NCBI RefSeq assembly: GCF_024521635.1
Contig: NW_026250407.1
Span: 248,001-312,000 of the forward strand
Origin: Tricharina praecox
Lineage: Eukaryota
Length of the DNA: 64,000 nucleotides
Direction: 5' to 3'
Shown here: piece by piece, positions 38,324-51,849 of the stretch
Layout of the letters: the number at the start of each line of letters is the position of its first letter
How positions within the stretch are numbered: the first letter of the stretch is position 1
Program-made: the position numbers and the translations under genes
Notes under the pieces: model-generated
Databases searched by the model: none
Seen by the model: the letters and a program-made list of their open reading frames with translations, nothing else
Told to the model about the DNA's origin: nothing

Positions 38324-38997
38324 GGCGCCGTTCATCTCGCCATTATCTCATCCTGCTACCACACAAAGTTGACAACCATTATTTCACTAATAATTTGAGG
38401 TGGCAAGTGTTCATCTCAACCCATTATCTCGCTATCATGTCAAGTAGGGCTGCGCCACACAAAAAAAAAAAGGTGGGAGTCTCCATCGACAACCTCAACC
38501 ACTACCATCACTACCACCATGACGCGAAAATCAACGAATGTAAAGATACTTCAACAGCTAGAACAGCAAAAACTCCTGCCTCGGCAGGAAACTTGATTCT
38601 TCGGAAGAATTTGCAACTTCTGGAAGCTGAAGACTATGGAAGCAATGGTTTTTGTTACACGCGTCATCCGGGAAGCATTGCCAGAGTCAATCTACTCATA
38701 CAGTTAGAGTCATTGAAAGAATGACTCTAGTAATGGGAGGAATGGCTCTAGTCACCGAGCAGGAATGACTGAGTAAATCCGCCAGATTCCCAGTGGAAAT
38801 GCGTAATCCATTCCATTTTTCCATCGCATTTGAGGCTCCAGGACCCTATTACATAATGGTTCACCTCAGTAGATGTGGCGTTGCTTCAGAAGTCTGGGTG
38901 CCGAAACGACATAATGCGACATAATGCTTTTAGCATTATGTCGCGCTACGTGCTTGGCACATCCACATAATGAGATAATGGCGAGATGAACGGAGCC
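38324..38997. mobile_element. MITE / non-autonomous PIF/Harbinger element, 674 bp, TTA target-site duplication
   Basis: 28-bp TIRs: GGCGCCGTTCATCTCGCCATTATCTCAT (38324-38351) vs reverse complement of 38970-38997, 27/28 match. Direct TTA on both flanks (38321-38323, 38998-39000). CATTAT/ATAATG subterminal repeats. Confidence 0.92.
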
Positions 38998-41946
38998 TTA
39001 GGTCCATGGATATCTTCGTCAATAGAATGATCCCCCACCACCACCCCTACGACTTCGGGCGGCGGTAGTTACCGTACGCGCGCAGCGCGAGCCGCCAACT
39101 TCGGAGCCGAACCGAACCGACCCATCCCCCTACATGCATACTCCACATGTCCGGGGGACGTGTGTAAATTTGGTGCTCTCTATAGTAGGTATGCCCGGTT
39201 GGGAGGCGGTAGTGCGTCTACTATTATACGCAACCACGCAACCACGCGACTCACTGTCTCGATTAGTCTAGTTGCTATTATAACAGTCGCCGTCGCCGCC
39301 GCTGACCCGCTGTATTATACTCTACTTCAAACATCTCGGTGCTAATAACTAGAATGCCTACTAGAGACAATTGGCAATGGGTAACAGGGCTGATAGCCTG
39401 ATAGCCTGATGCAGAGGTTACGAGACCGGGAGTCGAGTGAGCGCAAACAGTCAGACAGTCAGGTCCTACTACACTGGCGGCGGATTCTACTGCCTACCTC
39501 ATACCACGATCAAGTATTTAGAATAGCTTCGGGACTCGGAAGTGAAGTTACAAGTATGTAGGAATATTCCTACGCCGCACAGGTGCACAACTAATTGTAC
39601 ATAGCGAGCCCATTTCCATTTCCACCGCCTTACCCAAGACCTACCCAAGTTGCCCTTTGGAATCCAAAATTACAAGCACCGTCCAATTAGGGGACAATAT
39701 CCCTAATAAATAGAGCACCCTCAAATCGGGGCGGCTCCCCCAAGCGGCTGTCTCAGACTCCCAACTTCTCAAGATCGGCTGTCTCAAGATCCAAGATCTA
39801 AGGTCTAATGTCTACGATCCAGCCCTTTGTCCTCTCCGCGCCTCCGCGTCCGTGTCCGCGTCCTTTGTTCCGAGTCCCGACGTGTCGCGGATGTTTGTGC
39901 GCCCCCAATCCCCTACCCTTGTTTGCCGCCGGGCGAGCTGACGCTCCACTACTACTGCTGCTACTACTATTAGTATATTCGCCTAAACCGGGTTGCAATC
40001 GATTATCGAGCGGGTTATGCGGCACGCACGGACTGGAGTGCCCGCTCGTACCCTACATAGTAGTATAACTGTATAAGAAGTAGTAGTCCCGCTCGATCTC
40101 GCGGAGTCCGAGGCCGGATGCAATACGCTGCTGCTCGGGCTGTCTCCCTTCTCGCACGGAATCGACTCAAGCGGTCCGGACGACTCAAACGACTCGGGCA
40201 ACTCAAGCTAGGCTGGGGAGGGAGGGGGAATACCACTGGCACACTCGAAATTCCAGCCAGCAGACAGCAGAAAGCCGGTACTCTAGTTCCAACGTTCCGA
40301 CGTTCCGGTGGCCGCGTTACCGAATTACCGCGTTCCAGCGTTCCCGCGGACTAGTGTACGTGCTCAGCAGCAAGCCCTGCCTAGACGGGCGCTTACAGTC
40401 GCCCGGCTGGCCAATATAATGGGCGCTCAGTAGCCCAGCGCCGGCGATGATGGGCTCACTTCTGGGAAATCTAATAACGTTTATATTATGTATGTACATT
40501 TCTACCCGCCACCTGCTTCCGCGCTTTTCTCCATGCGCCACCCAGATCTGGGAAGACACCCTCTGACCGGCCGGAGTCCTTTGCTAGAGATGGTTCATCT
40601 ATGTACCTAGCTGCAAGTTGACGACCAAGAGACCTTGCTGCTGCTCCCAATGCCGAAGACACTCGCCAGCCGCAATAATATCCTCCTTGAGGCCGACTCG
40701 TTGGCCAGAGAGAGAGAGAGAGAGATCTTCAATTTATTTCTCATGCAGCCTATCTATCTAGACTATGGCGAACCGTCTTGAGACCCCGCTACCGGCCAGC
40801 ACGATGTGGCGCCGCTGTTTACCAACCAAATTATATAGGAAATCAGACCAGTATATGTTTCGCACCAAGAACAGACAATCACATATCGTCGCTCCTCACC
40901 TCCCTACACAGGCCGCAGACACATTATCCTGCTGGGCACTCTTGTTCTGCCGCCGATGCTTCGCTTCGCTTCCCTCCTCCTCCTCCTCCTCCTCCTTCTC
41001 CTCCCCTAAGTCTAGCGGAACTTTCCTCTCGCGATTGCTTGGTAGGCCTGTTGCCCCACCAGCGTGAGAGAGAGATCTTCAGTTTATTTCGCATGCAGCA
41101 CCACCATCAGTGATCTTCATCTCGCTTCTTGATCCACTTCGGGTACGTAGCTATGAGGGCGTGCCCCGTCTTCAGTTGATAGAAGCGGGCAGCCAGCCTC
41201 TTTGGCGCATTGGCTGGGAGCGGATCGGGGGTCTTTTTGGGGGCCGTTTAGTAGGTATTGTACCGTCGATTCTTGGTCCGGGACAATGACCACTGATGTG
41301 CCTCTCTCCATTTCTCGTCGGTTGATGGAAAGGACCCAAGAGTTCGTGATTGAGACGAAGAAATTCCCAATCCGCTTCGAACAGATGATGGTCACCAATA
41401 TTGATACGGGTGGACAGATGATGGTATTCTATTCGATACAGAAGAAGAACCTATCGTCCACGGCGAAGACCTCTATTTAAGACTGAGAGGCCACCTAAGG
41501 TTGGCCGCCGAACAAAGTTGGCCGCTCATCAGAGTTCGCCGGGCCCGCTCATCAGACTTCGCCTAGCCGTCGAGACTCTTCTACCGTCGAACCTTAACTC
41601 GTGCCGAGATCTCCGGGCGACCAAAGTTTGACAATCGTCATGCCGTGCCGTGATTCCAAATCCAGCTGGTTAGTTCCCGCTTCCGATTTCCCACGGGCCA
41701 ATGCTGTAAGCTGAGAAAAGGTATCACCGCTGGCAGCACTCGGACCCTCTAACAGTTGGCTGTCGGTTCGCAGTTGGTTTAGGTACTAAGAACAGCGGTT
41801 GTTCCCGGGAAAAACTGGATGAACTGCCAGTCGGTCCGATGGATGAACTGCCAGTGCAGCCAGGGCAGCCAGAGAGGGTGAGATGATGGCATCCTTGGGG
41901 GATATATCATCGTATATGGAGGTTGGTCGTCTAATCGATAGATAAT

Positions 41947-41989
<43 letters not shown>

Positions 41990-42707
41990 AGTACTGCCGA
42001 AGATGCCATCACTGACTGTCGTTTCGCTCGATCCGGGCCCGGGTCCGGTGCCAACTGCGATGACTCGCCGGCGGCCAGCCCGTGCTGACTGCTGTCGATA
42101 CCTAGTAGGAGGACACGGTGTTGCATGGCAAGAATCGACACAGCACCCGCCGGCGGGCCTGCTCTATATACCTACATCCGTCCATTTAGTGTTTGGCAAT
42201 AGGTAGTCTATCCCTTCGAGTCTTCGACGATTACGCAGCCATAATCTTACTACATATTGCGTTCTGTTGAAACCTATCTTAAACTAACTTTTGCGCATCC
42301 TCGACACACATTACAATCAAAGTATTAGCTTTACAGTGTACACCGGGATATCGACGATTGTAGGCTCGAGCCTGGAAGCGTCTAACCCGCCCGTCCAAAC
42401 ACCTTTGGGCGGACTGCTGAACAGTGAACACACCGGCCGCAGGGCTACGGTCAGTGCTCCCGATAGTCCAGTCCAGTCGATAAAATTTGAGGATGGTGTG
42501 AAGTCAGTCCGTCTAAGATTTGCCTTCACGGACTGCAGTCGAATGTCGTCGACTGCCAGAATACCACTTTCTAAATTTTCACCGCAACTCTTTCAACTCT
42601 AACTATCAGGTGTTCTCTTTTCGCACCAAGCTAGCTCTACATCGTATTCTCTCACCTCACCGTCGCCTGGACTCTAGACTCTGAATACATTTTCTTACTT
42701 TACTTCA

Positions 42708-43382
42708 CTATATTTCCAACACATCCTTCCACCTACGTTGCAGACTAGTAAACATCCGTGTGGCGACCACACGGTGTGTGGTCATTAGGCCAGCGCCACT
42801 TAATGTAAAGTCATAAGTATGTACGTTGCGGTCAGGGCGTATTTGTGGGAGACACGATGCAGTTGCCTTCATTGTATCGTACTCCAGGTCTCCGGAAAGC
42901 AAACGCAATGACGGAAAGTGATTGGCGGCAGGTTCTGCAATACGCGGTATCATCGCCAGAGTGAGCTGGAGCAGGTACAGTCGGTTCAATCTGTAGATTT
43001 AGCGGCATCGTAACTTCTGCGGCATCATTCGAAATACGATCTTGAAACAGAGGCTGAGTATCTGCTTCCACGCCTTGTAGTGTTCTGAAGTAGTCAAGAG
43101 AGAAGGTAGCGGGTTGAGGTCGTGAAGCACTTCACCGCTTAGCACTGCTATCCTGATAAATTCCATTCTATTAGAGTCCATGGAGATCTACAAATCTAGC
43201 AGTGAAACGGCAGCGCAGTCTCTCCGCAGCATCGTCGCTAAAGCTCCTCTACGGCCCTGCTCCAAAATGTTAGGGCTGGGCAGTCGCTTCGCTCCAAAAT
43301 CCGACGGTCGGAAACTTAGGGTTGAGCCACAGAAATCGCCACCGTGAAACGCCATACCAGCCACCGCAAAACGCCACACCAC
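42708..43382 (-). pseudogene. Possible decayed gene fragment (three collinear same-frame ORFs)
   Basis: ORFs 43188-43382, 42999-43181 and 42708-42989 share one frame, separated by stops, with Leu-rich protein-like composition. No family recognised. Confidence 0.25.
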
Positions 43383-44777
43383 TGCCCTTTATAGGAATAG
43401 ATAACACTCCTGTATCCTTCCTTCCAGACTCCAGTGCACCTAAACTTCGACATCGAGAGTCTACAAGTAAAAGTCTCGAGAGAAGACAGAAAGGAGAGGT
43501 GGTATGTATACCGTGGTAGGCGGCCAGTGCTTCCCGCCCGCCGTCATGACTGAGGAAGCGACTCAGCAATGAGTGAGATTGCAACATAGCCCGGATGGTA
43601 GAAGTCGAGTGATACCCCATCCGGGCAAGACCCAGTCGAGTGATGCCACATGTCGCCAATGTCGCACGTAACCCATAACGCTCGCATTGCTCGCAGCGCC
43701 CATTCGAATCCACTTCGCCACTTCGCCACATTGTGCAAATAATTTACCCCGCTGCCCACGCGGTATGTACTTTGGATCGCCTCACGAATCACGATACTGC
43801 ACAGTGCACAGTACACGCCCTGAATGAATTGCATCTACACCCGCCGTCTCGTGCCATCTCGCGCCATCTCCTACCATCTCCCGCGCACATCCGCCGTCTA
43901 GTACCTACCCCACCCCCTGCAATAACCCCACAGCCCACTCACCCTGCATGCGCATAACCAACCAACCATCCCGCAATCCACCCATAAAACCGCCACAGCC
44001 TCGGCATCACACATCACGCAAGATGGAGCACGCAGACCACACACAGACCACACACACGCAGACCACACACACAGCATAAACGTCCATTCCAAGCCCATTC
44101 CAAGTCCAAGTTCCAAGATCCAACCCCCGAGGGTCCTCACATTCCCATCCATATCCATTCCCATCCATTCCAACCTTAAGTACCCCTAAAAAGAAAAAGA
44201 AAGAAAAAACACCCCCTTCATCACGCACCAAGTTCCAGCCTGCTCCCTCCCCCGCCAATGCTGCCCCCTCCCCCTCCCCCTCCCACCCTCCCTCCCACTC
44301 CCACCAGCGCAATACAAACCGCAACTAAATCCCGCTTCGCAAAATGACCGGCAACGCAAGCAAAAGAGAAAAAAAAGCAGTATGCGAAAAGGACAGTGAA
44401 GAACAAAGAACAAGAAAAATCAAATGAATGAATGAATAGCACTTTGCAGTGTAGTGTAGTGGTTCCCAGCACAGCCGCGCTTCCCAAACATCATCCGCAA
44501 AAAAAAAAAAGAGACAAGATATTACATCCTCCGGACGCAAAGAGAAACAGAAGGAGAAAGAAGAGAAAAAAAGAGAAAGAGATGATGAGATTAACCAGGG
44601 GAGATAGTCCCGTAAACAGCCAGCCCATTTTTCACATTGCACATGTACATGGAGGAGTACATCTACGGCCCACCCACTATCGAAGAAAAAAAACCAGCCC
44701 GATTATTTCACCCGGAAAGAAGCAAAGGGAAAGATGAGAGAGAGAGAGAGAGAGAGAGAGTATGTGTGGAAGACAAT

Positions 44778-46958
44778 TTAGTTTTGTCGAAGGTTGAGCC
44801 AGCTGAGGTTGTCGATACCCTCGTGCCGACTACCAACGTTGGTACCCGAGAGATCCGTTTCTCGCCGGCTATCGGGATACACGCTGCTCGATACGTCGCT
44901 CCGGAAAGCATTGTTGTTGTACCGATCCGGACCTAGCTCGTTGTCGAGCTGGCTCCATAACGGCCGCTCGGCAAGGCTCTCCGGGATGCCGGACGAGTAG
45001 GTATCGTGAGATGCCACTGATGACATCGAGGCTTCGGAGGTTCGTCGGTCGTACTGTTGTCGCGCTCGTGGGTCGTCGAGAATCAGACCGTTCGAGCCGG
45101 CGCGTTGGACACTCACGACTCCCATCCCACCCGCCACAACGCCTGGCCCGGCGTTATAGAGGAAGGGGTTCTGGTGCATGCTGGCGTGATTGGATTCGGT
45201 GTAGACGGATGATGGAGCCCCGGAATAGGCACGTGGAGGGGTGGCAACGAGATTGGTGGCCGAGTTGCCGGAAAAGTATCTGCTCCAGCCGGATCCTCGC
45301 TCCTTCCCATAGTCCGTCCCGGCCACCGTACTGTCCTGGAAAGGATCGGCGAAAGGGTCGTTTGCAGCTGGAGGCGTACGTGTCACCGTCATCGTCGAAG
45401 GCGTCCGCTGGCTGGGATGTACAATCACACCTTGACCACCAATCCTGTGAACCTGAGGACCATCCATGAAGTTTGTACCGGAAGGAACGTACTCCCGGGT
45501 CGAGGCTTGTCGTTGCACGTTGAGCCACGAGTCGTTCTTGTGCTCGTGGAACCCCCGAGCGTTCGGCGGCGCCAAGGAACTGACGGATCCACCGGCTTCC
45601 TTCATAAAGGATGCCCCCCGATCCTGGAACGACATCCGGCGCTCTGCCCCGCGGTATCTCTTGGCATCATTCTTGGCCCGCCGCCTCCTGAGGAGGAAGA
45701 ATATGCATCCCAGAATCAAACAGGCACCGAGGATGGAGCCCAACACGGTAAAGAGCAATTGAACGGTGTTCAACCGAGCGCCATGCGACGGAGAGTCGGC
45801 TGGAGGTACATTACCGCTAGGAGTAGTAGTAGCATAGGTCGACGTTGAGACCGCTGTCGAGCTCGATGTCGACGACGTACTCGTCGGCTCGTCGGCCTGG
45901 AGCGTTCGAAGGACGGCCTCGTCGCTTTCGTTGAAGACACTCTCGGCGCTGACCCAAGAGTTCTTCCTCGTGTTGAACATGAGCAAAGGCTCGTCGTCGT
46001 TTCCACCGGTGATGATGACCATATCCCCATCATAAGCCATCGAAGTCCCCTGCCTCGTCCCGTTCGGCGCCAACGATCCATCGTAGTCGGGCCAATTGTC
46101 CACCGTCAACTGGTTTTCGGTCGATACCGCCGGATCCGCCCCACTTGCGGGACTCCTCTTCCACCTCCCAATTTCCTTTTCCCTTTCCCTCCTCCTCCTG
46201 GTCTTGCTGGTAGCCTTGTCCTTGACCTTTTTTGTTCCCACCGTCGCCGGAGAAGTCGTCAGGTCGAATGTTATCAGCATCCGTGATCCATCATCTCCAT
46301 CCATCAGACTAGCCCATGCCGAACCTCTAGTCGGCAAGCCCGTGTCCAGGCCACTATCCAGCCCACCCCATCCCGTCGCCGTGACATACGTCGTTAGCGC
46401 CTTGTTGTCGGCGTCTCCTCCCACGATTAATGCTCCACCCGTCCCCCACGGCATAACCATCGGTGAAAGCAAGGGATTCTGAGCCGGCAAGGAGATGATC
46501 TCGTTTGGAGCGGCAGCCTGAATCAGAAACGTGTTTGCCGACGCAACGTTCACGGCCGGGTACTTTGTTCCAGCGAAGACGATGATCCGTTGTGTGTCCT
46601 CCAAGAAGGTGGCACCGTGACCCGTAAGGTTGAACGTCACCGGATCTGGCAGCTGAATCGTCTCCCACTTCTCAGTCGCAAAGCTCCACCGCTGCAGGCC
46701 CATAAACCCCTTCGCGGGGACATTATCCGGGTTGGTCGTCGAGCCACCGACAATGTACAGCGACTCGTCGGTTGTGCCCCGATTGGCAATGACACACTCG
46801 GCACCGGCCGTTCCGACGTTCAACGGCAACGTCTTCCATTCCGATCCATTCGTTAGCTCCAACGACTGAAACGCAGTTTCGGAAAACGTGTAAAGAATAT
46901 TCTCTCGTATCGCCGAGCAGTGAGAGCCCAGCGGGGTCTCTGGCAAAGGCATCGACAT
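44778..46958 (-). CDS. Kelch/galactose-oxidase-like beta-propeller single-pass membrane protein
   Basis: 726-aa ORF with Kelch-like blades (LYIVGG, IIVFAG, ALIVGG, VIITGG), several NxS/T sequons, a polybasic KR/RR segment, S/T-rich stalk, one TM helix (LLFTVLGSILGACLILGCIFFLL) followed by RRRR, and a disordered tail. Confidence 0.85.
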   Translation of the reverse strand: MSMPLPETPLGSHCSAIRENILYTFSETAFQSLELTNGSEWKTLPLNVGTAGAECVIANRGTTDESLYIVGGSTTNPDNVPAKGFMGLQRWSFATEKWETIQLPDPVTFNLTGHGATFLEDTQRIIVFAGTKYPAVNVASANTFLIQAAAPNEIISLPAQNPLLSPMVMPWGTGGALIVGGDADNKALTTYVTATGWGGLDSGLDTGLPTRGSAWASLMDGDDGSRMLITFDLTTSPATVGTKKVKDKATSKTRRRREREKEIGRWKRSPASGADPAVSTENQLTVDNWPDYDGSLAPNGTRQGTSMAYDGDMVIITGGNDDEPLLMFNTRKNSWVSAESVFNESDEAVLRTLQADEPTSTSSTSSSTAVSTSTYATTTPSGNVPPADSPSHGARLNTVQLLFTVLGSILGACLILGCIFFLLRRRRAKNDAKRYRGAERRMSFQDRGASFMKEAGGSVSSLAPPNARGFHEHKNDSWLNVQRQASTREYVPSGTNFMDGPQVHRIGGQGVIVHPSQRTPSTMTVTRTPPAANDPFADPFQDSTVAGTDYGKERGSGWSRYFSGNSATNLVATPPRAYSGAPSSVYTESNHASMHQNPFLYNAGPGVVAGGMGVVSVQRAGSNGLILDDPRARQQYDRRTSEASMSSVASHDTYSSGIPESLAERPLWSQLDNELGPDRYNNNAFRSDVSSSVYPDSRRETDLSGTNVGSRHEGIDNLSWLNLRQN

Positions 46959-49900
46959 GTTGGCCGGGTCGACGACGACGACGGACTAAAACGAGAGAGT
47001 GCGCTCCACGCAAGTGTCGAGCTGGTGCGGTTCCGATTTGTATGACCCAGAAGGGGAAGATGTCGACAGAGTAGTCGCAGTCGGTACCGTATTGAAGATG
47101 TTGTTAGTTTTGCTGACTACGTCCAAAGCACGGAAGCGTAGAGAGACAAATAAAGTAGCTGTTGTTGTTGTGGTGGTTGTTGATATTGTTGTACGCGAGG
47201 AGCCTGCCTCTAAGTGATGGCATGTGACTCTGCTTGGTACCGGACGAATGTACTTCAGCTTGATCTTCGGACGAGGGCCGCGATAGCAGATTCCCGTCGA
47301 AGCAACAAGTCTTCGAGCGTGTCGAGAATTGTGTACGTTGGGTTGGGGGAGGGGAGGGGGAGGCTGTCGACACCTTACGACCTGCTTCCCATGTCCGTTC
47401 GAATCCGAGAGAATGGTAGCCGAGACCCAAAGAGCTCTCCAAGCACACATATCCGTCAGCGTTTCAGCGGCGGTCCCTCAACGGAGCAGAAACTCACTCG
47501 AGCGTAATGAACGTAAATCTATATTCTTCTTATTCTTCTTCTTTTTCCGTCCGGATGATTACTGCGGGAAAGGAGCGAGAAGTCGATCGGTATGGTGTGA
47601 GGGGGATGAATGTGTAATGAAAGTGAAGAGGAGAAAGAAAGCAACAGCAACACAGAACAGAACAGGAGCCAGCGGGTGCACGACCGAGCGAATATTGGTG
47701 GGAAGGGAGGGTGGTGGGAGTGGAAGTGGAGTACAGGAATGATATCCGGGGGGTGGTGGTGGTGGTGAGGGGGGGCTGTCGCCAGGCGGATGAGATAGAT
47801 TAACTGCGCTGCCTTCCTCCCTGTCTCGGTGTCTGTTTCCCTTTCGTCTGCACACCTATCTGGTCCGGAACGAGGGTAAATTCGGCGGCTCAACCACCGA
47901 GCACGAAGAGAACAGGACAGAAGAATCTCTGCAAGGCCACGGCGGTGGGAAATACTGGAAAGAGAGGTGTTTCGGGGGTGGTTGTGGTGAGAGCGCCACA
48001 CGGGGGGAAGAGGCACGCAGACAAGGAAAAACACGGATGTGACAAGAACAAAAGAATGGAAGAAAGGCCGGCGCAGCGAGAAAGAAAGGCAGGTGTCTCT
48101 GGGACGGTGCAAAAGGTAGGTGGTGAGAATATAGAGTTGAACTGATTCGCTCGCTCGTTCGTTCTAGTCGGTGAACCGACGATGTCGTCAGAAAAGTCCC
48201 TAGCACAAAGTTGCCCTCGAGAAACGACACGAAGAACAGCACAACAGAAAAAGGACCGAGAAGCACCACCGAACGGACTGGCGAGAAAGGAAGGAAGTGT
48301 AGGAAAGCGAGAAGAGAAGGCCAGAACCGCTCAGTGGGGCAGGCGGTATGTACCACTGCGACGGCCAATTCCTCTCTGCGATGGCTGTCGCCGCACACGC
48401 ACATCCTCCACCCATCATCGGCGCCCCCTAGTTCAGTTGGTTGGATGTATGTCGTACCAGTACCTGCATGGCGCCAGACAGCTTGGTGCAATCCTGAGAC
48501 ACGCAGCGAGATCAACTCCTCGTTGCTGTACTGACTAGTGATTAGTTAGCACACTCCTCCATGGATGATGATGATACGGCATCTCTCCGTACGTACGCCT
48601 CGCCCACCGTCCTTCCCAGTCCGGAGAGAAACACGCGTGTTCCATTGGCTGTTGCCGCTTCGGTGCGTAGTTGTGTGCTCCCATTGGATAATTGGCTATT
48701 GGCTAAGGTGGTACTCCATTCGGTGGAAGCAAAAGTCCTCTCGACCCCGTCCCAAGGATCGACGACAGAGAGTCGGACAGACAGACAGACAGACAGACTG
48801 AAGTCTGACAGAGACCCCACTCGGCGCAGTGCCCACCCTCAATGGCGATTCAATGCGTACCTGCTGCGGCTGTGCCGTAACGCCACACCACACATCTGCA
48901 CAACCGCCCTGCACGTCGCGACCCCCAAATTCCAATGCCTTTGATTCGCACCGCCGGACCGGATCATCGTTTGGGGGCGGACAAGCGAAGAAGAACCCTC
49001 CTCTTCTTCCTCTTCTTCTTCTCTTCTCTTCTTCGTCGGTAGAATGCCGAAGGACAAGCCACGCCGTCTCCCCCCGCTGAGACGCTGAGACGCCAAGCCG
49101 CACACGATGCATGGAATGTCTCGCCACAGCTTGCCGCCCTCTCGGCCGGCCAACCATCTTCCACCTTCCCTCCCATCGCCATCTCGCATCGCCAAAGCCA
49201 TCCATCCAACCATCCAGTCGATGGACTTTTTCATTTTTAATCGCCCCTTCGCCCACACCCACACACATTCACCCCCCTCCCCCGTAGGATTCCAACCAAC
49301 AGCACTCTTCAATTCCTCTTCCCCTTCATTCAAACTTCGGTTCCCTTTGTCGCCCAACTCAACGTCCTATGCACTGTCACATCTCACATGCGACATGCAA
49401 CCTGCAACTGCAACTGCAACATGCGGCGCCCACGGTGGTGGTCGGTATAGATATTCGCGCCCCCACTGGTCACCTACTGGGCAGTGGTGACTGCCCCGGG
49501 CCCCAGGTAGGCCGTGGTTAACGGGCTCTATTTTCAGCACATAATGTCGCAGCTCGCAACTCGTATCGTGTGCACTGTGGCCGGTGTGCACTGTGAGTCT
49601 GTGAGTCCGTCAGTCCGTGAGCCTGTGAGATGGATCTGGGAATGTACCACCATCGACCTCCTTGCATAGCACCGTACATGGTTATGATGTAAGTAAGAAG
49701 ACTGGCATTCCGCAGCGACACGAGACGGAGGAGGAGAGCGCGCATGCATACCACAGCATCGCATTGCATAGCACAGCGGAGCAGAGATGCCTACGCACAG
49801 TCTCGCTCGCTCCCTCGCACTCACTCAGTTATGCGACTCCGTCGCGCCCGGAACCAGGTCTCGTCTCTGTCTCTGCGCTGTGCCTGCCTGGGCCTGTATC

Positions 49901-51849
49901 TATCCAGAGTACCAGTACATCCAACAGCTGCACCCGGATGCGTCGTTGACAAGTACTCTACTCTACATGTGTAAGTAGAGTACCCAGCGCTTCCGTGGGA
50001 TCGGCACCTACCCTTCGCTTCCCTTCCCTTCCCTTTGCTCACGGAAAATAACTGGTGTGTATGCGCCGCCAGTAACCCACAGCGAAACTTCACCATTTCC
50101 CTCGCGAGTCGCCAATGGCCACCATGGCTAACTTCTCCCTCCCTCGACGGCGAGTTGCTCCCCCTCCCCGCTGTCGTCTTGTAAGTTGTCTGTATATCCA
50201 CGCTAGGTCAGGGTCCTGTACTTTACTAGCTCAGGGACCAGGACCAGGACAAGGCTGCACGCTGTAACGCCGTAACGTACCTAGCATAACTTGTAGGCCT
50301 CTTCTTCTTCTCGCGCGCTCGTGGGGATATGAAAGGAGCGATCCGGGAAATATTGAAGTCCCAGCGAGTCAGCGACGAGGCGAGTGGTAGGTACTGGAGA
50401 CTATTGCTGGAGACCAGAGCAGAATAGAGTATGTAGAGTGGATAGAGTAGTAGAGTGGATAGAGTACCAGGTGGATAGAGCAGTATATGTGTTACGCACG
50501 CTCACAGACAGTCTGGGATCGAGATGGATTATGGCCTCACATTGTAGAGTGTGTACTCTATGTTTGCGAGTCTGGGCGAGAGAGTCGTCTTCGGACGTAT
50601 TTACTCTACACACTCTACACACATACCGGTACCGGACGCTTCTATTTTGTTTTGTTTTGCTTTCGATCCTTGAACCGCAAGGGCACCCTTTTTACGTGAT
50701 TGGCGCAGGCCAGCGAGACAGCGAGACAGCGAGTGAGCGCGAATGAGCGGGAGATCGATCCGCCGACCTGGCATGCGGCGTGCGGCGTGCGGCGTAGAGT
50801 GGCGACGGTGGCGTGCGCAATGCTACTTTGTTTGCGACACTTTACTCCACCACCCACTATAATAACTAGTATCCACTGCAGTATACAAACCCAGTGATGT
50901 CAAAGAGTACACTAGGTACACTACACAGTCCATCAATAAGTACATAAAGTAACCAGCCCGTATTGCGGCCGCCCTGGACCATGCAACGGGCCATGCAACG
51001 GAACCGTAACTTTGGAAGAGCTTCGGAAGAGCTCCTATAGAGCCGCGGTGAGGCGAGTTGAGGCGAGGTGAGTCGAGTCGAGGCGAGTGATGCGGCGTGG
51101 CCGGGTACGATTCACATACTCCCACCAGCAGAGATCGCTTCCGTATTCCAATGAGATCCATGGGCTACCTATTGGCCATTCCGCTTCCTCCCTCCCCGAC
51201 TACAGTAGAGTAGATAACTAGCCCCAGGGATTGCAAGCTGCAAGTAACGCGGGTCGGACGGACTCGGGCACATCTTCGCCGAAAAAGCACGGCGTCGAGC
51301 GGATCAAGCGACTCGGGATTGTCGGCCGGAAGCAATCTCGGCCGTCGGAGGCTTCGGCTCCCGCCCGGTGTGGTGGGTGGTCCTTTGTGTCGGTCTGTCT
51401 ATTCTGTCTTGCGTGGTTCGGCCGCTTCGGGCTCCAGGGCGAGGATAGCATTGTTGGCTGTTGTCTGTATCTGTGTCTATGTAAGCAACTGTTCAAAGCA
51501 GCGAGAGATAGAGAGGATAATCAGTATCTTGTCATATATATCATACGGTCTGTCCGGACTGTGGCGACCCATTACGGTACCTATTAAAAACGGCCCAACA
51601 GCCTGGCTGCTCAGATTGAGTGATATTTCATGTACCTAGCATGACAAAATTTGGCGGAGTTGTCAGTCACAGCACACCGGAGAGCTGATTACTACGGTAC
51701 AATAATTGCATTCGCTACGCTCTTTTCCTTCCCCCTTGACTCGTATGGAGGCAGTAATGTATTGCAGATTGATTTCTTTTGATTTCTATACATACATGTA
51801 GCTTACGAGCTAAGACTAGATATAACTATCCCCATGCACCAACTACACT

